Assembly (NCBI GenBank): GCA_035221665.1
Contig: CM069153.1
Span: 33,914,001-33,978,000 of the forward strand
Reading direction: 5' to 3'
Length of the DNA: 64,000 bases
From: Okamejei kenojei
Taxonomy: Eukaryota
The translations under genes and the position numbers were made by a program. Under the pieces are notes generated by a model that saw only the letters and a list, made by a program, of their open reading frames with translations, ran no database searches and was not told the origin of the DNA. Below, piece after piece: positions 26,002 through 39,012 of this stretch (position 1 is its first letter; each line of letters starts with the position of its first letter).

Positions 26002-26880
26002 TAGGGAAGGCGGTTGTCAAAAGTTGCAGCAGGATCTTGATCGGCTGGGCAGGGGGGCTGAAGAATGGTTGAGTTTAATATGGATAAGTGCTAGGTGTTG
26101 TATTTTGAGAAATCTAACCAGGGCATGACCTACACCACGAATGACAGGGCTCTGGAGAGTATTGTAGAGCAGAGGGATCTAGGAGTGCAGGTACATAGTT
26201 TATTGAAAGTGGCAGCACAGGTAGATAGGTGGTCATTAAGGCTTTCGGCACATTAGCCTTCATCAGTCAGAGTATTGAATATAGAAGTTGGGAGGTCATG
26301 TTACCGTTGTAGAAGACATTGGTGAGGCCACATTTGAGTATTGTGTTCAGTTTTGGTCACCGTCTTACAGGAAAGATGTTGTTAAGCCAGAAAGGTGGCA
26401 GAGAACATTTACAAGAGTGTTGCCAGGACTCAAGGGCCTGAGCTATAGGGAGAGGTTGAGCAGGCTAGGACTTTATTCCTTGGAGCGGAGCACAGGATGA
26501 TGAGGAGTGACCTTCTAAAGGTATATAAGACTGTGAGAGTAATAGATAAGGTAAATACACAGAGTCTTTCGCCCAGAGTAGGGAAATCAAGAACCAGAGG
26601 ATTTAGGTTTAATTTGATGGAGGATGGATTTAATAGGATTTAACCTGAGGGGCAACCTTTTTACACAAAGGGTGGTAAGTATATGCAATGAGCTGCCAGA
26701 GGAGGTAGTTGAGGCAGGTATGATCAAAACATTTTAAAAACATTTGAACAGGTACATGGATAGCATAGGTTTAGAAGGATATGGGCCAAATACAGGCAGG
26801 TGGAACTATTGTGGATGGAGCATGTTTGTCGGCATGGGCAAGTTGGGCTGAAGGGCCTGTTTCCATGCTATATGACTCTA
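26002..26880 (+). mobile_element. CR1 (HER1-like) LINE 3' fragment, degenerate
   Basis: Remnant frame EYCVQFWSPSYRKDV...RTFTRVLPGLKGLSYRERLSRLGLYSLE, and tail GGGCTGAAGGGCCTGTTTCCATGCTATATGACTCTA. Confidence 0.9.
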
Positions 26881-27674
26881 ATGAGCAGATTTTCATTTTC
26901 TCTGATGTTAATTGGTAGTGCAAGAATAAAAAAGGAATGACTCTCAAACATGGAAGGCATTTAATTCTTTTATTTTCAGTTAAACAGCCAATTTTACCAC
27001 ATAATAAAGATGTTTAAAGAAATTGAAAAACAATCATGCAATAATAATGCCATATGATTTTCTTTTCTTCAAGAGTTGCTGAGATTACCTTAGATATTAA
27101 TCTTTAATTCTTGGGGACTCCAAGACAGTTCTCGGTTTTTGGTGATGCTAGGGTTTAGGTTCAGATTATATTTTTCAAAGCCATAACAAGTGTGTGCATG
27201 AATAAAACTGTGCTTTGTCGCTTTCCTTCCATTCTGCTATTCATTCTGAATAGCTGTAGGGATATGAAAGATTATAACTTATTTATGAATGTAGGAAAAT
27301 AAATGAGTAGATCAGACTGAGAAATTTTGAATTGAAATGAGAATGTTTAATGCCTTTTGTTCCTATTCTATCAGACAGGTTGCTGTAAAAACAGGTAATT
27401 TTGCCCTGCAAAAGATATATGCAAAATGAATCCATGTCTAATAATTTCAAATCTGCATTTCAAATTAGAAATTATAATTTGATATGATGTATAACATCAA
27501 TATATAATTTATTTATTTGTCTTTCAATGTTTCAACCCAGTGCTTTTATTATTAACTTTTTCTTTTTTCCATCTTCTACCCACTGATATAATCCTTCTTT
27601 ATCCATTATCCCAGCTCCCCTTTTAACCCCTCCTCCCGTCCCATCATTTCTGCCTGCCTGCTTTCCGCACACAG

Positions 27675-27815
27675 GACAAGCAATTTTTTGACAACGTCTC
27701 CCTGCTGATCCAAGGTTCGTTGGAAGGAGAGCTAACCCTCATGGACAATCTCTCGGGTTCAGTTTGCCACAACTATGCCATCCCACAGCAAAACAAATGC
27801 TGCGCTGAGAAACAG
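27675..27815 (+). CDS. CACNA1G: Cav3.1 exon 34 equivalent (alternative cassette in mammals)
   Basis: cacacag| ... CAG|gttaat. 141 nt, phase 0/0. [47 protein letters not shown] matches human [17 protein letters not shown]. Not in the ORF track. Confidence 0.9.
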
Positions 27816-28383
27816 GTTAATAATTCTAACTTATTTGTCAAGGGCCTGTGTTAAGATTTGGAACCTAAGAATTAACTCAAAAGATCTAGACTAAATGAGG
27901 CAAAGGAATGCGAGGAAGAAAGTACTCTTTCCATGCTTTTTAGCCAGTGTAGCATGAGGGCTATTCTGCACTCTCTGCAAGACTGAACATTGGTGGATGG
28001 CACTACACTTATATTAATGAAATGTGGTTTTTATTTCTATATTTATATCACTGCATTTTCTAAACGAAATGAGAAAACAGACACCTTCATCAAAGTCAAA
28101 GTCTTGTACTCAACACGTTTCATACCAGATTAGGAAAGCAAAATAATTCAGAATGTAGTGTTCAGATCATCAGGATACAAAAGACATTTTATATCCGCAG
28201 CAAGATCGGTCACACAGCAAAGCAAAAATGACCAAACAATTGCCTTTAAATTGGAATGCTTTAGCACCACCTTTTTGTACTCTTGTGTGTTTCAATTTCA
28301 ATGAAGACTCAAACATTAAGGAAAATTGGGTAGTTAGTGTGAATTAATCAATGTATACCATATTTTTCTTTTCGGGTCATCTA

Positions 28384-29991
28384 CAGTGGCTTGCAAAAGT
28401 TTTCATACCCCTTGAACTTTCCCACATTTTGTCACATTACAACCACAAACGTAAATGTATTTTATTGATATTTTACGTGATAGACCAAAGTGGTGCATAA
28501 TTGTGAAGTGGAAGGAAAATGATACATGGTTTCCAAATTTTATTACAAATAAAAAACTGAAAAGTGTGGCGTGCAAAAGTATTCAACCCCCCTGGGTCAA
28601 TGCTTTGTAGAACCACCGTTCGCTGCAATTACAGCTGCAAGTCTTTTGGGGTATGTCTCTACCAGCTTTGCACATCTAGAGACTGAAATTTTTGCCCATT
28701 CTTCTTTGCAAAATAGCTCAAGCTCAGTCAGATTGGATGGAGAGCATCTGTGAACAGCAATTTTCAAGTCTTGCCAGAGATTCTCAATTGGATTTAGGTC
28801 TGTACTTTGACTGGGCCATTCTAACACATGAATATGCTTTGATCTAAACCATTCCATTGTAGCTCTGGCTGTATGTGTAGGGTCGTTGTCCTGCTGGAAG
28901 GTGAACCTCCGCCCCAATCTCAAGTATTTTGCAGACTCTAACAGGCTTTCTTCCAAGATTGCCCTGTATTTGGCTCCATCCATCTTCCCATCAACTCTGA
29001 CCAGCTTCCCTGTCCCTACTGAAGAAAAGCATCCCCACAGCATGATGCTGCCACCACCATGTTTCACAGTAGGGATGGTGTGTTCAGGGTGATGTGCAGT
29101 GTTAGTTTTCCGCCACACATAGCGTTTTGCATTTAGGCCAAAAACTTCAATTTTGGTCTCATCAGACCAGAGCACCTTCCTCCACATGTTTGCTGTCCCC
29201 CCCACATGGCTTGTGCCAAACTGCAAATGGGATTTCTTATGGCTTTGTTTCAACAATGGCTTTCTTCTTGCCACTCTTCCATAAAGGCCCGATTTGTGGA
29301 GTGCACGACTAATAGTTGTTCTGTGGACAGATTCTCCCACCTGAGCTATGGATCTCTGCAGCTCCTCCAGAGTTACCATGGGCCTCTTTGCTGCTTCTCT
29401 GATCAATGCTCTCCTTGCCCGGCCTGCCAGTTTAGGTGGACGGCCATGTCTTGGTAGGTTTGCAGTTGTGCCATACTCTTTCCATTTTCGGATTATGGAT
29501 TGAACAGTGCTCCGTGAGATGTTCAAACCTTGGGATATTTTTTTAATAACCTAACGCTGCTTTAAACTTCTCCACAACTTTATCCCTGACCTCTGGTGTG
29601 TTCCTTGGGCTTCATGATGCTGTTTGTTCACTAATGTTCTCTAACAAACCTCTGAGGCCTTCACAGAACAGCTGTGTTTATACTGAAATTAGATTATACA
29701 CAAGTGGACTCTATTTACTAATTAGGTGACTTCTGAATTGGTTGCACTGGATTTTATTTAGGGGTATCAGAGTAAAGGGGGCTGAATACTTTTGCATGCC
29801 ACACTTTTCAGTTTTTTATTTGTTAAAAAAAATTGAAAACCATGTATCATTTTCCTTCCACTTCACAATTATGCGCCACTTTGTGTTGGTCAATCACATA
29901 AAATCCCAATAAAATACATTTACGTTTGTGGTTGTAACGTGACAAAATGTGGAAAAGTTTCAAGGGGAATGAAAACTTTTGCAAGCCACTG
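28384..29991 (-). mobile_element. Tc1/mariner DNA transposon (DD34E), full length, 1608 bp, long TIRs of about 210 bp
   Basis: TA|CAGTGGCTTGCAAAAGTTTTCAT ... ATGAAAACTTTTGCAAGCCACTG|TA, with TA target duplication. Each TIR repeats the CAAAAGT.TTCA..CCC motif near its inner end (IR/DR layout). Transposase is on the minus strand. Confidence 0.96.
28597..29615 (-). pseudogene. Tc1 transposase, frameshifted near the N-terminus
   Basis: Open 309-aa frame with GRPPK, WSDETK, QQDND-(34)-NPIEN and HGGGSIMLWGCF. The upstream ATG at 29615 (MKPKEHTR) is out of frame because of an apparent 2-nt deletion and 1-nt insertion in the first ~25 codons. Confidence 0.88.
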
Positions 29992-32302
29992 TATATGTCT
30001 GTCCACTCCTACATTGCCCCTGGACAACCATAGCATAGAAGAGGCCATACATGCACTGTGGACAACCATAGCATAGAAGAGGCCATACATGCACTGTGGT
30101 GTCAGGCACATATCAGAGTATCACCAACAGAAATGTCTGTCCACTCCTACATTGCCCCTGGACAATGCAAGTTATTTGTGTACAAAACCTGCAAGGCCTC
30201 CTTCAGAATTATTGAATTTGCTAAGCGGGTCCTGGCCTGTGGGAGTTGAGTCTTCAGACAGGAAATTTGTTTCAAATAGATCGCCTTTAATTAGTGTTGC
30301 TAACTTTCTCCCTCATGATTCCCCACTCTCATCTCACTTTTGTTGTCTCCTTCATTACCCGACCGACAATCTTCTGCAACTGTCTCTATCACCAACTATT
30401 GTTGACCAATCTATCAACCGCTGTTCCAAATCGTCTTTACACACCACTTCACTACTGAACTCCAGTCTTCCTTTGTAGCCTATCCTCATTAAATTTCCTG
30501 CAGATCCCTTCCCACTATCGGTTTTCAGGGTCATAAGGCCCCTAAAATTCATGACACTCTCTTCCCACCTCTCTGTCTCTCCCATATGTAAACATCACTG
30601 TGATCCAGACTCGATCTCGCCTGATTACCTCAAAAATACACTTCTTAGGTCTGCAGGCCATTTCCATAGCTTGTGCTTGTATAGATCTCTCTCTTTAATT
30701 CGCATTCCAGCCCCCAACCTAAGACCAGATCAGTTTGAGATTCAGGAAAGCAGTGTCTCCCAAAATCAGAGATTCCAATACAACCCATATCCCTTTTTGC
30801 CTCTTATCCTTACTGGCGATTGGAAGAGGCAATCTAAAAGGATCGGCCTGTTTCTTGTAATTCCTTTCTAGCAGCACGTGACATACTGAACCTTGTATGG
30901 TGCTACATTTTGCAGAAGCAAGCCCTTGAGAAAGATATTTGTTGGTCCATTACATGCTGCAACATGTTAGACTGCAACATGTTGCAATGTTCAATTGTAA
31001 TGGATCAACCCTGCCTCCTCAACCCACCAACTCAGACAAAGGTGCAATTGCTAAGCCATGGCTAACATCTTTAGAGATGCACGGACTTGACAGATAAACT
31101 TTGGAGGTTTCATCTATAATTGGTGTTAACTTTACTTTTTTCTATAAAATTATGCAAAATTATTATTATACAATTGTTTGTCGATATTTCTACAGTATTT
31201 AAGACTTGGGCACAAGAGCTTGCCAGATGCATAAGTAACATGCTTGGACAGATTAGGTCTCCTGAGATTTAATATCTCTTGTATTTTCAGATATGAGAGC
31301 ATAAATCAAGTTTTGGACAACTTTGGGCTTATGGACAATTACACAGTTTAATTGTAACACTTAATTTAAAAGTTTTGAAGAATTGGTATAGAAGAAGATA
31401 GTTAATATCTTGAAATGTTATTATTTGTAATGATATTCATAGCTAATGGCAAAGAAACCTGGTCATATTCTACCCATAAGAAAATTATCAGGCCTGTTTT
31501 CTGTATTCATGCTGGTAGGAAAGACTCATGAACCAGTAATATATATTGGATCTTACTGTATATGGATAGTTGGTAAGAATCCTTGTTGGTATTGTCAATG
31601 TACTAGATCAGCCCTAACCCATTAAACATTGGAGATATGAGATATGAGATTTGAAGAATATTCTGAAGTGTCTGAGAGTTCAGACAATGTTAATGCGGAG
31701 CATTCCCGCCGGAAATAAAGGAGATTGATAGGGTCCAGGATAAGGCAGATTGCAAGATACAGGGCTGATGGGCCAAATGTCTGCCACAGACTTCATTGCA
31801 AATGTGCTTTAACAAAACTTAGTTCATAGCTACTTGAAATGAAAGTAAAAATCACATTTATAAAATGCATTTCATAATCGCAGGGCTTCGCAAATATTTT
31901 ATTACTAATTAAATAGTCACATGTTACAAAGGGAAAAAGTGAAAAATTGAGTGAGACGTCCTTTGATCGGAAAATGACATTTTCAGATTTTTGAGATGTA
32001 AACTTCAATCCGCATTCTTAAATAATCTCTCTGGACAGCAAAAAAAAGTTTCATTTCATGAAAGCTTTGGAAACTCGCCTAGAATTCCTGAATTAATTGT
32101 TGTTTGGTAATCCTGTAATGCAATAAGTGTTGAGGATAGGTTTGCATTTCACTGAACTGCTCCTGCCTCATGATAAAATAGCCGACCTGTATTCATTGTT
32201 AGACTCAATTGATGATGTCAATTGAACAATCGTAGCAACTTCACGAGAGAGGGAGATATGTGCAGATAATTGCAAAATATTATTAATAGTATCTTTACAC
32301 AA

Positions 32303-32452
32303 AGAAGTACAGGTTTGTAGGTTAATTGGCTTTGGTAAAATTGTAAATTGTCCTTAGTGTGTAGGATAGTGCTAGTTTACAGAGTGATCGCTGGTTGCTA
32401 CGGACAAGGTGGGGCCAACGTGGCCTTTTCCATGCTGTATCTCCGAAGTCTA
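32303..32452 (+). mobile_element. V-SINE 3' half
   Basis: gtacaggtttgtaggttaattggc...gctgtatctc matches the 3' half of the 12218 copy. Confidence 0.7.
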
Positions 32453-35400
32453 AAGGTTTTCTGCTTCCATCTTCAACCTGTACAATAGCTAATCTTTTCT
32501 TTGGAGGCTGTCCAATCAGTCTCTGCAATGGTAAATTAGAGGGTGAAAAGTCTGTTTGGCTTTTTCCAACGAATCACTGACCTCTCTGGACAGAAACTGT
32601 GATCGCCAATCAAAAATGCAATTGACAATGCTCTCCATAGTCAAATTGCCCACTGAAGAGCACACGTAGGGTCAGATGCGAAGAATGGTCTCTCAAGTCA
32701 GGTAATGGAACTCTAACTTTTCAGACCTGTGTCCCAGCATAGCTGGTGAAACAGGGAGAAAATTAGTCAACAAGGCCAAGCCATTTGAACTGTTATGCAG
32801 TATCAGACCTTTTAATACATAATGTACAAAATAGACAATTAGTTTCAATTGACAGAATCACAGTTTGTTATGTGAAACGAGCCTGTGTATAGTTTATGAT
32901 ATATGTAATCTTCAGCAATTTTGATCTCTCTTAATTTATTGACTTGCTTTTCTCTCTGCATGACGAATGTGTGGTATTGTTTGCTAGCAGCACATTTGGT
33001 AAGAAGCACTGCTTTCAATGTAATATTTCACTAACATGTTACTATGTAAGTGAGGTGTTTAAACAGTCAAGTACCAAGAAACACCAGCCTCTCTCAAACA
33101 CGTGATAACAGAACAAATGGGTGCAAATTAATCTGTTTCCAACCTTTAAGGCCAATGAGTTATAATCCTGAAATAAGCCATTTAACATTCACTTAAGTAC
33201 AAACAACTATTTACAGACTGGGGAATTGCTCGTGGATTTATAGAAAGGTGCTAGATTCGTATTCATTATCTGAGGATATTGTTTTCTGTGTATTCTCGTG
33301 TGAGAATGGTGTTGGGGATGAAAGTATGATTCTAACTGCACTGATAGGATCAAATGTGATCCAGACCTCTTTCGTCCTGATGTTGCTAGAGCTTCAAAGA
33401 CATCTTCTTCCTGGCCGATTACAGTTTATTGATAAAAACACATAGTGTATTTGCTTTATTTTCTGTCTTGAATTACAGGTGATAATAAATAGAAATTTAT
33501 AGTGTTTCGGAATGCAATTGTTTAGGGGCAAAATCAATGGAGTAGAAGTTTGTTTATCAGTCACATTAAACTCACCAGAACTGAAATACTGGAGAACAAT
33601 GCACCAACACTGCCTTATTGTATGTTTATCTCATGCAACCAGGAACCAATTTCTGCTTCTGTTATTTCCTGTAATTGTACACCATACCTGATTCCATTTG
33701 GCTTTTGGACATACTCAGAATTAAACAGTATAATTACATACAATGATAAGGTTAAAAGCAAACAGAAATTCACACTGAAAACCTGTTAAAAAAATAGCAG
33801 TAAGAACAACGCATTTAGTCTTTATTCTGCACCTAAAGTATTTAATTCTAAATTAAATACGGCAGTAATTGTACTCTTAGTACACGATCAATGGGATTGT
33901 AAGATTTGACTCAGAAAAAGTTATTTTATTTCCTTTAGTGTTCATTCACAATTTCTGTTTGTTTATTTCATCTGAATGCTATTTAAATGTCTGATTTATC
34001 AATGACATAAAAAAAACCTGTTAAAAACCAATCTTTGTTTTTACATCTACGAAAGCCTGACCTCAGCTTGCCAGCAAAAAAATCTATTAGATTTGTCAGA
34101 CACTATTTTCCCTGATTCAAACCATGTTGATACAACCTTATCCCATTATAATTTTGAATTCTCCATTCGTCCATACTTCATGATGCATTATGCTAAAAAC
34201 TGATGAATTGTTTTATCTCCCTCCTTTCTTAACTAGTGATTTTAAGTTCCTGTGAATGTTGCAAAATCGTGGTGCTTTTAAACATCACCTCTTGTGTGTC
34301 CTTTGGCTCTGTGGCATTTCCTCAGATATTACAGGTTGTAGATTCCATGGGTTCTAACAAGGTGAGCAAAAGTGGAGTTGATAGGACTATAAAAAAATCA
34401 ATTGAAGGATTTCAAGGAAATAAGGAGAATGGAAATGGCATTACTTTATTGGGAACCAGCAAGAACCCAATGAACTGAATGGCCTCACAAGTTGTAATAA
34501 GTAGGGCCATCCTACCAGTGGATTTGTTGCTTTTTTACTGTCCTCAATTTCTTCTGTATTTTCTCTAAAGTGAAGTGACACTCGAATAGTTATCGTCATT
34601 ACATTTATTGTTTCTTTTGCACTGAAGACTAATGCTCTATCTTCAACATTTTCTTTATCTTTGCTACCTTACAAAACATTCCCAATTCTCTTACCAACTA
34701 TTGTGGCAATATTATGAGTCTCTTTAAACTAATATTATCCTTACTCTCTGAGTTAGTCACAAACAAATCACATTTCTCATGGTTTTTATTTTTCAGTGGC
34801 ATGTACCTTCAATGAGAATGTTTAAATATTTCTGCGACTGTTTGCAATAGTTTATCGACTGGCAAACTTTATAATCTAATGAAATTATATTTTGATCAGC
34901 TACCCATCATATCCACATAATTGACTAACTTCCGTACAATAGTCTCTCTTGAACTATATACAAAATTATTTTGCACTTGGTCCATTTCCCCTAGAGGATT
35001 TCTTACTATAAAATTACGAATTAACATTGCTGCATGACACAAAATGAGTTTTGTCTGCCTCTTTCCTAGTTGATTCCATAACATATTGTTCTAAAGAAGC
35101 TAGTGAAAATAAATTTTACATAACCTTCTCCAAATTACTGTTCCCAATTTAATTTTCCCCAATCTGAATGAAGATTAAAATCCATCATGATTATTGCATT
35201 ACTCTTCCAAAAAGGTTTTCTTTTTTCTTGATTAATTGCCTGTCCAATTTTCTTTCCGGTTGTATTGCTGCCTCAAGGTTTATAACTGTTCCAGCCAACG
35301 TTTTTGCCTTAAAAGTATCTCTTATTTCCATACATATTGATTCCACTTCCTGTACTTCTGGACTCACTGCATTAAAGAACGCTGTTCAAACTGACCTAGA

Positions 35401-37155
35401 AATTAGAATGCTTGGCAAAGTTTGCCTCAGCACTGTGTGATTGAAAATGTAATTACCATAGAGTGAAATGGAATTGTAACTATTTCTGCTTCACTCTGCA
35501 AATGTGACCAGGTGCTTCCCACCTTTAGTCTCACTTGTACATCTCACAAGATGTAATTTGGATGTAAATCAAATGACGCCATTCCCTGCACTACACTACA
35601 CTGCAATTTTGCAAGAAAAGTTAGACCCCACTTTACAGTAATGCCATTATTTCACACTTTGTTTTTGTAGTACTCTGCCAGACTGGGACACTGCTAGGGA
35701 AATTCCTGCTCTTTTAATCTTTCCAGCCAGCACTATCCCAGTTAGCACACTGCCAACGATACTCCTACAAATCTCAGCCGTCCCCAGATTCGTCCCAAAG
35801 CCACATTACTCCAACAGCCTTGTCCTAGATCCTCCAAATCCCTGGGTCCCTAATCTCTTCCCGCACCATGTCCAATGCTCAAAAGCCCTTGAGCCTCACA
35901 CATCCCCGAAACACCACCAATCCATTGATCACTGACCAAATTTCCCCCAGCACCCCCACCTATACCCTGGCTGCTCGCTTGATTCTAATTGCTGACCTCT
36001 CCCCCTTCACTTATCCCATTTACCTGATTGTTGGCTAGAATCCAGTCCATAATCCTAACTGACCCCATCCCACCCCTCAACAACTTTTAACCAACTGCTT
36101 TCTGATTGCCAACCCAATCTGTGACTCTTGTCAGGGCTATGATTACCTTAACTCATTCTCAACACCGTGTGCCTTGTGGCCCTGATCCCAGGTGAAGTAT
36201 GTGGGTCCATAAAGGCCTTGGGCGCTTCTGCCAATTGCCGTAGCAAGCTGATGAGTGAAGCATTAGTCCCTGAACAGTGATGGTGGGGCACAACCATTGG
36301 TTGCATCAGAGGCTCTTACTGTCTTTATCAAAATGAATTTTAAAAAGAGGCGAGATGTTTAATTGCCAAGCTGACTAAAATTACATTGTTCTATTGTCAC
36401 TGGGGCAATGTACTCCTCTGAAATTGTAAGTCTGGGCCCTGTATTGTAAAAAGTAGGGGTGGTTTTGCAAGGAGACTGGAAATTGGGGACAGGAGTTGAA
36501 GTGTGGAATGGCCTGGATCCATCTGGATAACAGAGGAGGTTCAAGAGGTTAAATCTCCTTATTCTTTGTTTAATAACCAATTAACTTGCAGCAATGAACA
36601 TTTCATTTTTTAATATATGTATTTAGTTCTGTCTGAGAGATGCATGAAGATGCCAGCAATATATAACCCCCCAAATGTGCTTTGAAAGAAACCGCGTAAA
36701 AAGGATTACTTCACTCAATTAAATTAAAGCTAGAAATTGGCAACATGAGTTGCATACGGCTAAACTATAACAGTCCCATTGGTTGTACTCATGAACACAT
36801 GTGTGATGAAGTGCTCCTTGAGACTGCTAACACTTACAGGGCTTAGTAAATAAACAAAGGTGAGGTATCAGGAGCTGCTGTCATAAGTGTGACTGTGCCC
36901 CATGTGAATCAATAGGTCCAAGAGAGCAAGTGGAGAAGTAGGAAATTGGGAGAGGGTAAAATGATAATGAATGCTTTGTAGCTTTAGCAAACTGTTCACA
37001 AAAGGAAGAGAAAATCATTTTAGTTCGCAAGCGCTCAATGCACATGAACTGGTTATACACACCACTGGTAAGTGAGTGTGCAGTCTATTGAGGTGTAAAG
37101 TCCATTGTGAATTGTTGTCATAGATTCTCACAACTGGTCATCTTTCCCTGTTTAG

Positions 37156-37290
37156 ATCCCTCTAGCTGAGATGGAGGCTGTTTCTCTGACGTCTGATATT
37201 CAGTCTGAGAAATCGTGGTCGTTAGCACTGACAGATGACTCTTTGCCCGATGATGCAAACGTATTCTTACTAAATACGCTAGAAAGCAAT
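37156..37290 (+). CDS. CACNA1G: Cav3.1 exon 35 equivalent (alternative cassette in mammals)
   Basis: ccctgtttag| ... AAT|gtactt. 135 nt. [45 protein letters not shown] matches human [14 protein letters not shown]...[12 protein letters not shown]...LESN. Confidence 0.92.
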
Positions 37291-38111
37291 GTACTTATTC
37301 CAAACCAGTATTCTGCTTATACCAGGGCTCGAAATACTCTACCACGTAATTTATGTTATCTAGTTATAATAATGTGCACAATAACTGGACAATGTCAAAC
37401 CTAGCCTGACCTCCATCTCTTTGTGTTTCTCGAGATTAGTTACCACCTCAGGATGTCCGAAATCATCCGCTGAAACACGATTTGTGATTAAGTTCCATCA
37501 TCATTTTCATAAAGTTCTACATAAAATCAACAAATTCCAATTGTGCTGCAATTATGATTTGTAAATTCCAAATTCTGCTATCGCTGTTAGTGGTGTTTGG
37601 AAAGAGGACTCAAAAGAAGCCTAGTATATAGAATGTCAGATCTCTTTATCAAGTATGGAAAACAAACATTTTATTATTTTATATCTTATTTCTGATGGCA
37701 CAATTGTCGGTCAGTCTTTCCCTATCACAGTGCCTTTCAGATTACCACCACAAGGTATTAAAGGCAGGTATCCAATTAATATGGAATTGTTAACATATTC
37801 TTTGGAATCATGTTAATAGAATTGCCTATTTTCAAACTTATTCAAATCCTAACTAAATGATGATGTTATTGATCTTCCATCTCTGCAGCTTACGAGCTTA
37901 GTGATTCATGTACAAAACACTCTGCAAGGAAAACAAAAAATGAGTTCCCACATTTGGCACATTCATTGTACCATAAATCTATGGGGAATTCAGCAACACC
38001 CTGGATCTTTAACATAGTGTAACATCCCACAAAAGTGTTAACAAATTAAATTTAACACCAAACCACAAACGATGATTGTATAACAGATGATCAAAAGCTT
38101 GATCAAAGATC

Positions 38112-38270
38112 AAGACCGAGATGAGAAAGACTTTCTTCACACAGAGAGTGGTGAGTCTCTGGAAACAGTTCATTGGCTGGATGATACAAGCCATGTCATT
38201 GAATGGCGGTGCAGGCTCGAAGGGCTGAATGGCCTACTCCTGCACCTAATTTCTATGTTTCTATGTTTCT
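38112..38270 (+). mobile_element. CR1 3' tail fragment
   Basis: Shares GGCTCGAAGGGC.GAATGGCCT.CTCCTGCACCTA.TTTCTATGTTTCTATGTTTCTA with the 55612 copy. Confidence 0.75.
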
Positions 38271-38848
38271 AAGATGTAGTTCAAAGGTGGTCAATCATAG
38301 ATATTTAGGATAGGATTTTTAGAGCTTATGGGATTTACTGTGGAATATTGGTTGCTGTTCATGTGTTTTGTTTTTAATTTGGCTGTTCAAGAAAGCAAAT
38401 TAGACAGGCTGGATACATCTGAGTGTTGTAGGGCTAAAGGAGATTGCAAATGGAAAAGGCTGTGCCAACAAAATAATTTTAAACCAAAGGAAAAGATGTT
38501 AAAACTGGCTTTGCATAAGAGTCAAGAGTTATGAGTGTTTTATTGTCATATGTCCCAGATAGAACAATGAAATTCTTACTTGGGGCAGCACAACAGAATA
38601 TGTAAACGTAGTACACTGTAAACAATATAATAAATGAGAAAAAACAACAGGAATCGTTGAGCACAGGGATGAATGGTAAACAAGGCTGTGTAAGTTAGGG
38701 CACAGGCAGCAGAAACATGAAGGACTTTCATGTTTATAGAGAATGAAACAAGTAATGCTACAAGGAAGGTATAGGGATAGCCATGTCCAAGGTATAAAAG
38801 TCATGGATGACAGATTCAGCATTAGATAAGATAAGGTAGAAGTGGTGT

Positions 38849-39012
38849 GTAGAAAGGAACTGCAGATGCTGGTTTAAACCAAAGATAGACACAAAAAGCT
38901 GGAGGAACAGGCAGCATCTCTGAAGAAGGGTCTCAACCCAAAACATCACCCATTCCTTCTCTCCAGAGTTGCTGCCTGCCCTGCTGAGTTACTCCAGCTT
39001 TTTGTGCCTATC
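38849..39012. mobile_element. Penelope-type inverted-pair insert with 17-bp TSD
   Basis: A minus copy followed by a plus copy; TAAGGTAGAAGTGGTGT at 38832-38848 and 39013-39029. Confidence 0.78.

Noticed and set aside
29995-30165. CRISPR-like repeat-spacer pattern
   Set aside because: There are only two copies of each unit, the spacing is irregular, and the context is a vertebrate intron.
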